A stretch of DNA of 64,000 nt from the NCBI GenBank assembly GCA_963700285.1, contig CAVOXA010000010.1:1376001-1440000 (forward strand), in the 5' to 3' direction. The first letter of the stretch is position 1; the number at the start of each line of letters is the position of its first letter. Of the stretch, positions 9,502 to 21,173 are shown one piece after another. Origin of the DNA: an uncultured Chloroflexia bacterium. Lineage in GTDB: Bacteria; Chloroflexota; Anaerolineae; JAAYZQ01. A program made the translations under genes and the position numbers. The notes beneath the pieces were generated by a model. The model was not told the DNA's origin, did not search any database, and worked only from the letters and a program-made list of their open reading frames with translations.

Positions 9502-10667
9502 CTACCCGATTCGCGTGCCTTCTACCTCGAGCCCGCCGCCCCTCGGGAAGCTTGCTCCAGCTCGGCGCTGCCATTCCTCTTTGAGCACTTCCATCGCTGC
9601 CTGCTCCAGGAATTCCGGCGCTGCCCACTCGTCCACATCGAAGTCGTTCTTGATGTAGCCGTGGCTGAACATGAAGTCCTTGCCGATCTTGATGCACTCC
9701 AGGTTCTGCGCGCTCAGGCTCGGCACCATGTCGACGTCCTTGATGCCCTGGTAGGTGTGCTCGGCATCCAGGTAGAACGTCTGCCGGTTGAGGATGACTG
9801 CGGCGGCGTGCTTGTGCGCGTTCGCCCAGCTGCCCGACCTTGACCATGGCCTTCATGTAGGCGACGACGAGCTCGGGGTGCTCGTCGGCCATCACCTCGG
9901 TGCAGGTGATGACGGCGGGGGTGTTGGCAACCTGAATCGTCCAGTCCGGGAGCTTGGACAGGTCGAAGATGGCCTTGATTTCGCCCGTGGCCTCCGAGAG
10001 CTGTCCTAATTGTCCCATCTGGTTGTAGATGGCATCGACGGTCCCGTTCAGCAGTGCCTTCTCCAACGGACGGAAGGCATAATCGTGCTTGTGGTCGCGG
10101 CGCATCCACAGTTCCGAGGGGTTGTTCATCGGCGGCAGCAGCATCTCGGGCTTGTCATACCAGTCATCCGGGTAGGGGAACTCGACGATCTCAATATCAT
10201 CCATGGTCATGTCGTTCAGCATCAGGATATTTTCGATGCCCATGTGCTCCTGGATGCGCCACCAGTCGTTCTTGATGGTGTTGAGGCTCTTGGTGATGCC
10301 GATCTTCTTGCCCTTCAGGTCCTTCACGCGGAAGATCTTGTCGCGGGCGCGCACCTGCATCACCCCGCCCTCGTAGACCCAGGTCGCCCCCAGCAGCACG
10401 GTGCGGCGGATGTCGGCGTGGACGTGCGATCGGCGGATACAGGCCGCCGAAGCGGATCAGGTTGTCGAGGTTGTGGACATAGTGCGGGTACCAGTTGTTC
10501 TCGGGTGCGTGGCGGAAGTAGGCGTACTCGACGCCGATCTTCTTGAACTCTTCACGGCACCAGCCCAGTTCCTGGTCGACGTTGTTGGCGGATACCATGG
10601 GGCAGTTGGTGAACCACACCTCTTTCCAGTTCAATGGTACTGTGGTGGAAACTCTTTCTGTAGGCAT
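9502..10667 (-). CDS. DszB-like / SsuA-fold protein (2'-hydroxybiphenyl-2-sulfinate desulfinase family), frameshifted
   Basis: WFTNCPMVSA and HYVHNLDNLIRFGGLYPPI resemble DszB YSNCPVPNA and HFTYD..TRFGGEIPP; DLKGKKIG; no signal peptide apparent. Confidence 0.7.
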
Positions 10668-11025
10668 AGCTTGCTCCTTTTTTGTGACTACTGGTTTTGA
10701 GATTTTCGAGAGATTTCCGGGAAAACAGGCGGTTGGTTCGCCGCTTTGGTCTTTTGCTTTCTCAGTCATCGCCGCTTTCTCCGTTCATTCGGTTGCTCAT
10801 CACCGGACCGGCGGTGATGGCGGGTTGTTTTGACCAGGCCCGGCCGCCTGGACAACCTGGCCTATGGCATGCCGCTCTCATGTGCCTCTGTCTAGCACCT
10901 CCTTTCCGCACCAGCGGAATCCCGCCTCGCGAAGGGAGACGTCTTGCCCTGCTTGATCCAACCCTTTGGTTTGATCTGGCTGCTTTCAATCATCTCAACA
11001 CCCTCTTCCCGTGCGAAGTCAGCAT

Positions 11026-11098
11026 GCGCATGCCGCGCCGGCTTGGGAATTCGGCCAGCACCGGCATTTCCGGCAGATCGGCCAGATCGCTGACAGTT
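11026..11098 (-). pseudogene. Internal fragment paralogous to the Ala-rich gene at 4824-5657
   Basis: TVSDLADLPEMPVLAEFPSRRGMR versus TVSDLADLLEMPVLAAFLEMRGMR (5184-5255). Confidence 0.75.
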
Positions 11099-11118
11099 CC
11101 TCAACGCCGCTGGCGGTA

Positions 11119-14090
11119 TCACCGCAGCCGGCCGCCTAGTCCCACCACGGGACGATCGGCCCGCAGGCGCGCACAGGACGGGCAGAGCTCACGATCGAGG
11201 AGGGCCGCCATGTGATCCGGCAGGCGCTGCCGGACGAACTCCCGGTGCGCAGGCGTCTGCGTCGGCGCACCACATTCGCTGCAGGCCAGCAGCGGCTGTT
11301 CGCGCACGACGGTTCCGGTGATGATCGTGCGCCGCACCCCGTCCCGATCCTCGAGGTGGATCGCGCCCGTCGGGCAGACCTGCGTACAGGCGCCGCAGCC
11401 GATGCACAGCTCCGCAGGCCGCGTGAAGTCGAAGTAGGCGAGCCGGCCGGCCGTCGTGTCGGCCATGCGCAGCGCCTCGACGCCCATCTCGCTGCAGGCG
11501 GCCATGCACAGGCCGCAGCCGATGCAGATGTCGCAGCGCAGGCAGCGGCGGGCCTCGTCGTGCGCCATGGCGTCGGTCAGGCCCTCCTCGATCTGGACGT
11601 AGTTGCCCTCGCCGAGGACCTCTTCGACGGTCCTTTCGGGCATCGATGGCACGGCGCAGGTGGGTGCGATCGTGCGCCACGACCTCCAGGGGAACCACCT
11701 CGGCGTGGCGCACCGGCTGGCCGACGGCGGCGTCCATGGGCGCCCCGCGCAGCCAGGCATCGATGGAGGCCGCGGCGATCTTGCCGGAGCGGATCGCCTC
11801 CACGGCCGTCCGCGGGCCGTGCTGCGCGTCGCCGCCGGCAAAGACGCCCGGCACCTTGGTCATCAGGGTCTTCGGGTCCGCCACGATGAAGCCGCGGGTG
11901 ATTTTCGACCTCGCTGCCATCGAGGATCGTCAGGTCGGTGCCCTGACCGGTGGCGAGGATCACGTGATCGGCTTCGAGCGTCAGCAGGCGGCTGTCGTCG
12001 AAGACTGCGGATCGAAGCGGCCGTTCTCATCCGTGTCCGCTCGCAGAACTGCAGGGTCACCTCGCCATCCTCATCGATGCGCACCGGGCCCCAGCCCGGG
12101 TGCAGCTGGACGCCTTCGGCGACTGCGATTTCGATCTCGTGCGGGCTGGCCGGCATGTCGCGGCGCTTCTCGAGCGAGGTCAGGTCGACGTGCTGCGCGC
12201 CCTGCCGCAGAGCCGTCAGGGCGACGTCGATGGAGACGTTTCCGCCGCCGATGACGACGACCCGCGGCCCAACGCGCACCGGCTCACCGCTGCGCACGGC
12301 GTGCAGGAAGTCGATGCCGCCGAGCACGAAGGGCTGATGGACGCCTTCGATCGGGATCAGGCGCGCCCGCTGGGTGCCAAGGCCGAGGAACACGGCGTCG
12401 TAGTCCTTGCGGAAGGCCTCGAGGCTGTCGATCGGGCGCTGGTGTGGATTTGGACGCCCAGCACCCGGATCTGGTCGATCTCCTGGTCGAGCAGATCGGG
12501 CGGCAGGCGGTAGGCCGGAATGCCGTAGCGCAGCTGCCCGCCGGCCTTCTCCAGCGCCTCAAAGACCTCGACCTCATGACCATAGGTGCGCAGGTAGTAG
12601 GCCGCCGTGAGACCGGACGGACCGGAGCCGACGATGCCGATGCGCTTGCCGGTAGCGGGCGCGATCTCGGGCTTCGGGTAGCCGCCCTCGGCAAGGCAGT
12701 GCTCAGCCGCCTTGGCCTTCAGCGGCCGGATGAAGACGGCACCGTTGCTGCCGCCGCGCACGCAGGCGGATTCGCACGGCGCCGGGCAGACCAGGCCGCA
12801 GGTCAGCGGCAGCGGGTTGTCGCGCCGGATGACCTCGATGGTGGCGCGATAGTCGCCGTGGCCGAGGTGGGCGATGAAACTCGGGATGTCGATGTTGGCC
12901 GGACACGTGCGGTGGCAGGGCGCCGCGTGGTGCTCCAGATCCAGGCAGAGTCCCTCCGGGCAGGACTCGCGCCGGACATGGCTTTCCCACTGCTCGCGGT
13001 AGTAGCGCAGGGAGCTGCCCAGCGGCCAGGCGGCCGCCAGCCCCTGCGCGGCGAGCTCGAGCGCCACTTCGTCGAGCGCGGCGAGGTGTGCGGGCTCACC
13101 GCGGCCGAGGGTGATCTCGGCGGTCAGGCGCGCGGCGCGCGCCAGCAGCGCGCGCACCGGCGGCGCTTCGCCTTCGGCGAGCTGCCAATGGCGATAGAGC
13201 GCGCGGCGGGTCTGCTTGACGACGCACACGCCCTCGGCCATCACCATCAGGCTGGACGGCGCCGGGATGATGCTCGCCGGACGCGAAAGAGAGCGGATCG
13301 CACGACAGGTCCGCCTCGGAGAGCGGCAGGAAGCCGCCCAGGCCGTCGTCGAAGACAAGCACCGGATCCTGCACCTTCCACCTCGACGCCGCCGCCCCAG
13401 TCGTCGATCTGGCGGCGCAGGTTCCCGGCGCGCCGAGCTCGACCAGGCCGCGCTGCTTCATGCCGCGCCGCAGCGTCAGCAACGATGCATCGAGGTCCGA
13501 GGCGCCGGCGAACAGCAGGGCGATCCGGCACCAGGTCTCCGGCGTGTGGATCAGGCGTGACCCATCGCCGGGCTGTCGCTCTCCCCAGCAGCTCGGCCGG
13601 CTGTTGCGCGTCACCTCCACCTGCCGGCGAGGAACGGCGATCTGGGCGAGCGAACGGATGGCGTCGACCGCATTCAGGAAGGCCGCTTCGTGGCCGGTCA
13701 GCTCGGCCGGCAGGCGCAGCTCGATCTTGTGGCTGTCGCGCAGGCCGAGTGCGATCAGCACGCCCTCGGCCAGCAGCCAGGGAGCGCCGTCGAGAACGGC
13801 GGCCGAGCCGCGCGCCCGCACGTCGAAGGTCGGTCGCGTCGATCACCAGCACCGAAGGCCCGCGGCCGCGCAGGAATTGCCGCCAGGCGAGATAGACCGG
13901 TTCGCCGGCGCCTCCGCATTCGGCCAGGCCCGACTCCTGCACGACGCTGCAGGCGCTGCATGGGCGTCAGGGACTGGGCCTGCGTATAGCCCGGCAGCGC
14001 GCCGGCGAGGGTCTGCGCCGGCGGCACGGCGCCCGCCAGGGTGGCGGCGCCTGCGTCGAGCCACGTCGGCAGCATCTGGAGCTCGCTCAT
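11119..14090 (-). CDS. Large flavoprotein: degenerate NuoF-like N-terminus, GltD/SudA-like FAD/NAD(P)H domain and C-terminal ferredoxin (multiply frameshifted)
   Basis: ESGLAECGGAGEP; APCHRTCPANIDIP; CGLVCPAPCESAC; GSGPSG; GGGNVSID; FAGGD; EARRCLRC; CIGCGLC and CIGCGAC. ATGA overlap with the upstream gene. Confidence 0.8.
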
Positions 14091-14614
14091 GGCTCCTCCT
14101 GACCGCCATCCAGCGGCTCGGCGATGATATGGCGGGCGTAACGCTCGCGGCGCGGATCCGGGACCTCGCTGGCGACGCCGAAGGAGAGGCAGCCGGTCAC
14201 GCACTTGGTGACGCAGGCCGGCTGCAGCCCGGCATCGACGCGATCCATGCAGTAGTCGCACTTGACCGCCTTGCGCGTGACCGGATCCCACTGCGGCGTG
14301 CCCCAGGGACAGGCCGCGATGCAGCTCTTGCAGCCGATGCAGAGGCTGGACTCGACGAAGACGATGCCGTCCTTCTCACGCTGCTGCATGGCGCCGGTCG
14401 GACAGGCCCTGACGCACCACGGTTCCTCGCAGTGGAAGCAGGGCATGAAGACGATGCGCATGCGCGGCTGTCCGCCGACGTCGATCGGGCCGAAGGTGAT
14501 GATCTTGCACGGGTCCGGGCCGGGGCCGAGGTCCTTGTTGGTCTTGCAGTGCACTTCGCAGGCCAGGCAGGCGATGCAGTTCGCTTCGTCGTGGTGAAGG
14601 ATGTAGGTGCTCAC
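14087..14614 (-). CDS. 4Fe-4S dicluster electron-transfer subunit (PsrB/DmsB/NrfC family)
   Basis: CIACLACEVHC, CFHCEEPWCVRACP, CIGCKSCIAACP and KCDYC...PACVTKC. Confidence 0.93.
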   Translation of the reverse strand: MSTYILHHDEANCIACLACEVHCKTNKDLGPGPDPCKIITFGPIDVGGQPRMRIVFMPCFHCEEPWCVRACPTGAMQQREKDGIVFVESSLCIGCKSCIAACPWGTPQWDPVTRKAVKCDYCMDRVDAGLQPACVTKCVTGCLSFGVASEVPDPRRERYARHIIAEPLDGGQEEP

Positions 14615-16770
14615 AGGTTACCTCCTTCCGCCACCCGGGCTTGATCTGGACGATGGTCTCGGTCAGCGCACAGCCACCGCCGGCCGGGTCGAAGTCGTAG
14701 AGCTTGCCGTGCTGCAGGCGCTGGTCGGCCACGCCGAGGCCGAGGGCGCGCGTGGCGAGCGGCACCGTGGCGCCGTAGCCGTGCAGCATGAAGACCGCCT
14801 CCGGATGGATCCAGGGTGTCACCCAGGCCTTGATGCTGCCGGCGTAGCTTCCACCTCCATCGGATCTCGACGGTATCGCCGTCGCCGATACCCAGCGGCC
14901 GTGGCGCGGTCGGGGTGGATCCAGAGCACCTGTTCCGGCGCGATCTCGTTGAGGATCGGGTTGTTGAGGGACTGGCCGTGCGCCAGGGTCGCCGTCCTCC
15001 CGAACAGCAGGTGGAAGCGGTCGTCGGCCGGCGCCGCCTTGGCCTCGTAGGGCGGCAGGCTGGGCAGCCCGGCCTGCTTCAAGACCTCGCTCTCGATCTC
15101 GATCTTGCCGGAGGGGGTCGGGAACTTGAGCTCGTCGCGCGGCATCAGCCTCGGCGCGTTGGCCAGGCTGACGAACCCCTTCTCGCGCATCTCGGCCACG
15201 GTGACACCGGTGCCCTCGAGCTGGTAGTTCCAGAGCTCCTCGATGGTCTCGAAGTCGAGCGCCTCCTTGATGCCCATGCGGCGCAGGATCTCGCGGAAGA
15301 TCCACCAGGCCGGACGGCTGTCGAAGCGCGGGGCGATCGCCTGGTCGCGCATGGAAAAGATCGGCACCGGGCCGTTCATCTGGCACAAGATATTGGCGCG
15401 CTCGAGGTAGGTCGCCTCGGGAAGGATGACGTCGGCGAACCAGCCCGTCTCCGAATAGCGCACGTCGATGGAGACGAGCAGCTTCAGCTTGTCCAGCGCG
15501 CGTTTCGCCGCCTCGGTATCGGGCATGCCGGTGATCGGATCATGGCGGTAGGCAAAGTAGGCGCCGATGCCGTAGGGCTGCGCCGTCTCCATGGCGGCGA
15601 AGGCCTGGTGCAACATGCCGATGTCCGGATCCCACTGCGGCCTGGTGGTGCCGGCGCCGTCCACGCGCGGCTCCTCGACTTTGGGCACACGGGCGGTCAG
15701 ATGGTTCAGGCCCTTGCGGCCGTAGTGCTCGGGTGACTTGGCCAGTATGAACCCACCCGGGATCTCGATGTTGCCCATCAGGACATTCAGGATCAGCGCC
15801 GTGCGGCTGACGTGGAACGACTGCTTGTGACGCGCCGTCATCCAGCCCGGATGAAAGATCACGTGTGGCGCATCGGCGGCGATCTCTTTGACGAAGGCGC
15901 GCAACTGCTCGGCGGGGACGCCGGTGTGACGCTCCTGCCATTCCGGCGTCGTGTCCTTGACCGCCTCGCGCAGATAGTCCATGCCGGAGACGAAGCGAGC
16001 GACAAAGTCCTTGTCGTACGCCTCCTGCTTCAGCACCTCGTGGATGATGGCGAGGTTCAGCGCATAGTCGCTGTTCGGGCGCACCTGCCAGTAGCGGGTG
16101 GCCTTGCAGGCGGTGAAGGTGGCGCGCGGATCGATGTAGGTGACGCGCATCCCGTTGGCCAGCGCGGCCATGAAGGCCTTGGCCTCCTTGACCATCAGCG
16201 ACTCGATGATGTTGCGGCCGTAGAGCACGAGGTGCTTCACGTGCCCCAGGTCGGGGATGAGCCCCTCGTGGCTGAAGCCGAAGAGCGTGAGCGCCGCGTT
16301 GTGTACGTTGCCGCTGCAGCCGGCGTCGTGGTTGAAGTAGTTCGGCGAGCCGAGCGCCTGCACGAAGGTCCGCGTCAGGTCGGTGAAGGGGCCGCCGCGA
16401 TCGGAGAGCGCGATGCCGCGCCGCGCCGAAGGCATCGATCGTCTCGTGCAGCTTGTCGGCAATGTAGTCGAGGGCCTCGTCCCAGGACGCGCGCCGCCAC
16501 TGGCCGCCGCCGCGCGGGCCCATGCGGATCAGCGGCGTCTGCGGCCGCTGGTCGTCGCCGTACTCGAGAGCCAGGCCGGCCGAACCCTTCGCGCAGAGGC
16601 TGGCGCCGATGGCCTTGTCGTGCGGATTGCCCTGCAGCCAGACCGCCCGCCCGTCCTCGACTGTCACTTCGATCGGGCAACGCACCGCGCACATGCCGCA
16701 CATGCTGTAGACCGTGCGTCGGCCCGGAGCGCCCACAGCCTGCTACGTTAGGTGCCATGGTGGAACTCAT
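14611..16770 (-). CDS. Mo-bisPGD oxidoreductase catalytic subunit, PsrA/PhsA-like (frameshifted)
   Basis: YSMCGMCAVRCP...LCAKG FS0 motif; NHDAGC; ADVILPEATYLER; C-terminal molydopterin-binding domain; no Tat RR leader seen. Confidence 0.88.
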
Positions 16771-16781
16771 TGCGGTCTCCT

Positions 16782-17835
16782 TTAGACGTCACTAAACTGA
16801 ACGATGACCTTGATGTCATCGGGTTCTCGATCCAGCGCCTGTTTGAAAGTTCTCCGGTGTTTCCCGCCGGGTGATGAGGCGCTCCAGCCACTTTGGATCG
16901 GCGCGCGGCCAAGCATTCGACCGGCCTTGTACCAGTGCCGCCTGTTGGCATTGACGCTGCCGACGATCACGACGTTATTCAGCACAACCGCAGCCGCCAC
17001 ATCGGCCGTGGTCCCCTGTGCACCGCCGCTGCCTATGCCGGTGAGACAGACAACGCCGCCCGCCGCGACGCCGAGCAGTGAATCGATAGATGACCTTGCC
17101 GACGCCGGTGCACTCGATGATGACATCCGGAGCAGGGTCGATATCGGCAACCGTGCCGGTGTGGTAGGTCGCGCCGAGAGCGCGTACGAGATCCGGCTTC
17201 GGTCCTGACTCGACCCGGTCAAGAACGTGGACGTCCAATCCGCGCTGAACCCCCTTGAGAGCGGCAAGCAGGCCGATGGGCCCCGCGCCCGTGATCAGGA
17301 CGTTGCGCGGCTCCCAGTAGGATTGCCGGCCAAACCCGACCGCGGCGGCGCTTTCCCATGCCTTGGTGATGACGGTTGTCGGTTCGAGCAGTACGCCCAG
17401 TATGCCGAGCGCAGGATCGACCTTGATCGCATATTCGGGCTCGATGCGCCAGCGTTCGGACATGAAACCATCGATCTGTTTGATGCCGCGTTCCGTGTAT
17501 TGGCCGTTTTGGCACATGTCCCACTCGCCCACCGCGCAGTTCGGGCACGGAACCGGGTCGGGACGGCGAACAATGCCCACGACCAGATCGCCCACCTTCG
17601 AGCCCTCTGGCCGGACCCGGGTCGATCACGCGGCCCAGAGATTCATGACCCAGCACGAGCCGCGTCTTGCCCGGAGGAGCCCAGCCATACTTGCCCTCCA
17701 CCATCTCGGCATCCGTCCCGCAAACACCGACGGCAATGGCTTCCACGAGCACCGAGCCGTCCTGCGGATCCGGTTCGGGGATATCTTCCAATCGTGCAGT
17801 CCCCGGTTTCTTGGTTCAAGAGTAATCGCTTTCAT
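16782..17835 (-). CDS. Zn-dependent glucose 1-dehydrogenase (MDR family), frameshifted
   Basis: GVCGTD, LGHESLG, VGIVRRPDPVPCPNC, LLEPTT, GAGPIG and GSVNANRRH. Confidence 0.85.
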
Positions 17836-17909
17836 CTTGTCTTCCTCGTCCTTTCTGGATCATGATGTTCGCCGGACCTGTTCCTAACGAAGGCAGGCGT
17901 TTTTCCATT

Positions 17910-19016
17910 TCAAGCGCCAACCAGTTGCAGGCAAACCGGCGTTGGCACACTGGCCACGTGCCCGGTTGCGGTCAGTTTCCCGGAATCTTGATCGATCCGG
18001 AACGTGACCACTGTGTCCGTATCCTGGTTTGCCACCAGCAGCAGCGCGCCGGATGGGTCAATGGCGAAATCGCGGGGCCCAATGCCCTGCGTCGATTCGT
18101 GCCCAACAACCGACAACTGGCCGGTCTCCTGGTCGACGGCATAGATGGCCAGGCTGTCGTGCCCCCGGTTCGAGGCGTACACAAAGCGACCGGAAGGCGC
18201 AACCTTGATTTCCGCACCCAGATTCTGTCCCTTGAAATCGTCAGGTACGGTTGAAATGGTCTGCACTGCCTCAAACACGCCCCACCGCTCCACGGTTTGG
18301 AAAACGGTGACTGTGGAACAGAGTTCGCTGATCACATAGATGAAGGGCCTGTGGGGGTGAAATGCCAGTGTCGCGGACCGGTGCCGGGCGGCATCTGCGT
18401 CCAGGGCGGGTCGCCTGGGATCAGCGTGCCCCGTTCCATATCGAGGCGGAACGCCATCAGCCTGTCCGTACCCAGGTCAATGGCCAGAATGAGGCTACGA
18501 TAGGGGCTAGGCACGATCATGTGGGCATGCGGGCCTTCCTGACGATCAGGGATGGGCCCAGAACCGGAAAACTGAACGGTGTCGGTTGCCTCTCCCAGGC
18601 GCCCGTCTTCCCGGACCGGTAGAACGCACACGCTGCCGGTCTCATAGTTGGCCACCAGGCAGTACCGTCCTTCCGGCTCAATGCTGGCATAGCAGGGTGC
18701 CAGACCGTGGGTCGATTTCTGGTTCAGATAGCTCAGGTGCCCGGTCACCGGATCGATGGCAAAGGCGCTCACCGTCCCATGCGGGCCTTTGCCGCCGGTG
18801 ATCTCGTTGACAGCGTACAGACGGCTCTGGTCCGGCGAGAGCGTCAGGTACGAAGGGTTGATCGTGCCGGCGCCGGTCACGGTAGCGGCATAGGTCAACT
18901 CGCCTGAAGCCGGATCCAGGTGGTAGACGTAGAACCCTTTGGCTTTCCCGTCAACAAATGACTCGCGCCGGGTATAGGTGCCAATGTAAGCGGTGAACCC
19001 TGTCTGGATGTGTCAT
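17910..19016 (-). CDS. pgl: 6-phosphogluconolactonase / lactonase (7-bladed propeller), frameshifted
   Basis: AYIGTYT, NPSYL, VANYETGS, RQEGPHAH, GTGPRH, YASNRGHDS and GPRDF. Confidence 0.88.
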
Positions 19017-19030
19017 ATCTCAGCTTCTCC

Positions 19031-21132
19031 CTACACTCCCTTCTCGCTTGTTGTGACGCTGCGTGCGACCAGGATCACGGCCGAACGTGCCTCTGTCAAG
19101 CACGTGCTTGCGCCGTCGGACAGAAACACCGGCGGATCGACGAAATCCTCCGGGGCTGGCCGTCCGGTGTCGACCAGGCGAGCCCACCGCTGCCCCTCGG
19201 GCAAGTGCGGGCAGCTCAAATTCCAACGGCTCCCAATAGGCATTGAGCAGCACATGGAGGTGCTCCTCAATTGCTGGATCGGTCGGATTCAGAAGCTCAA
19301 AGGCCAGGCTGTGCGAGTTTTCGCCCCAGTCAGGTTCGTTCAAGCGGACCCCGTGCCAGATGACGTCGGTCCCTGCTGGGTTCAAACCAATAGCGCCGGT
19401 CGCGGTAAGAGCTGGCTGCCCTGGCGGAAACGGAGGAGGCCGCTCACAAACCGGAACAGATCGCCGTGCTGCTGTCAACCCGGCTCCAGTCAAACCAACT
19501 GATCTCGTTGTCCTGGCTGTAGGCATTGTTGTTGCCCTGCTGGGTGTGGCGCACCTCGTCGCCCATCAGGAACATGGGCCGGCCCTGCGACATGAGCAGA
19601 ATGCGTAAAGAAATTGCGGATCTGGCGCTCGCGCAAGGCTTCGACGCTGCGGATCGTCTGTCGGACCTTCTAGCCCGCAGTTCCAGCTATCGTTCTGATC
19701 GTTGCCGTCCCGATTGTCTTCGCCGTTGGCCTCGTTGTGTTTGTCATTGTAGGAGACCAGATCGTTGAGGGTAAAGCCATCGTGGGCCGTAACAAAGTTG
19801 ACGCTGCGCATGCGGATCCCGGTCGAGCTGCGAGAAGACATGAAAGCTACCGCTGACGGCATCGGCCAGGTCGCTAACCGTGCCTGTGTCGCCCTTGACG
19901 AAGCGACGCACGGTATCGCGGTAGCGGCCGTTCCAGACCGCCCAGCGGTCGCCGACGAAGGAGCCGACCTGGTAGAGGCCGGCCGCGTCCCAGGCTTCGG
20001 CGATGATCTTGGTCCCGGCCAGCACCGGGTCGGAATCGATATCCCACAAGATGGGCGGGGTCTTCAGGGGCTGATTGTCCTGACCGCGCGACAGAACGGA
20101 GGCCAGGTCAAAACGGAAGCCATCGACGTGCATCTGTTGCACCCAGTAGCGCAGGCTGTCCATGATCAAGCGCCGGACGATGGTGTGGTTGCCGTTGAGC
20201 GTGTTGCCAACCCCGCTATCGTTGATGTACTCCGCCCGGTTGTCCGGGTCCAGCAAGTAGTACACCGGATTGTCGATCCCCCGCAACGAGATCGTCGGGC
20301 CGTCGTGACTGTCCTCGGCCGTGTGGTTATAGACCACATCCAGGATGACCTCGATGCCGGCCCGGTGCAGGGCCTTGACCATGTCACGGAACTCATCCAG
20401 CGGCGCCAGCCAATCCTGGCGCGAACTGTAGGCCCGGTGCGGGGCAAAGAATGCGACAGGCTCATAGCCCCAGTAGTTGGGCCGCCCGCCTGGCGCCGAC
20501 TGGCGGTCGAACTGGAAGACCGGCAGCAGTTCGACGATTTCGACGCCCAACCGCTGGAGATAGGGGATTTTCTCGATCAGACCGGCATAGGTGCCGCGTT
20601 TGTCTTCGGGCAGTCCGGAACTGGGATGTTTGGTAAAGCCGCGCACGTGCATTTCATAGATGGCGGCATCGTTAAAAGCGCGCCGGAGCGGCTGATCGCC
20701 TTCCCAGTCGTAGGTGCTGGGATCTGCGACCACGCCTTTCATCGCCGAAGCCAGGTTTTCCAGACCGTATTGGGATGCCGTGCTGCGGTCGTACTGATCG
20801 TCCACCACGGCCCGGGCATAGGGATCGAGCAGCAACTTGGAAGGATCAAAGCGCAGGCCCAATTCAGGCCGGTACGGACCCTTGAGCCGGTAGCCATAGA
20901 GCTGCCCCGGTTTGAGCCCCGGGACGAAAACATGCCAGTAGCTGCCGGTCCGATGGGTGTCCGCATCCAGTTGGATCACCGCCGCAGGTTGGCCCTCGTC
21001 AGGATGGTCGAAAAGAAGCAGATCCACCTCACTGGCGTGGTATGAAAAGAGCGAAAAGTTGACTCCATCGGCCAGAGGAGTCGCCCCTAGCAGGTCAGGT
21101 GTTCCCGGCCTAAGGCCATTGATACTTGTCAT
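19031..21132 (-). CDS. glgX: Glycogen debranching enzyme GlgX (GH13), frameshifted near the C-terminus
   Basis: [47 protein letters not shown] and [11 protein letters not shown]. Confidence 0.93.
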
Positions 21133-21173
21133 TGTCCCCTTGTCTGCGATCCGCTTTTCGCCGGCTTGCGGGC

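Noticed and set aside
7642-21132. Programmed frameshifting or mass pseudogenisation
   Set aside because: Scattered single-base indels in genes with intact motifs and almost no in-frame stops fit long-read errors better; polishing is needed to confirm.
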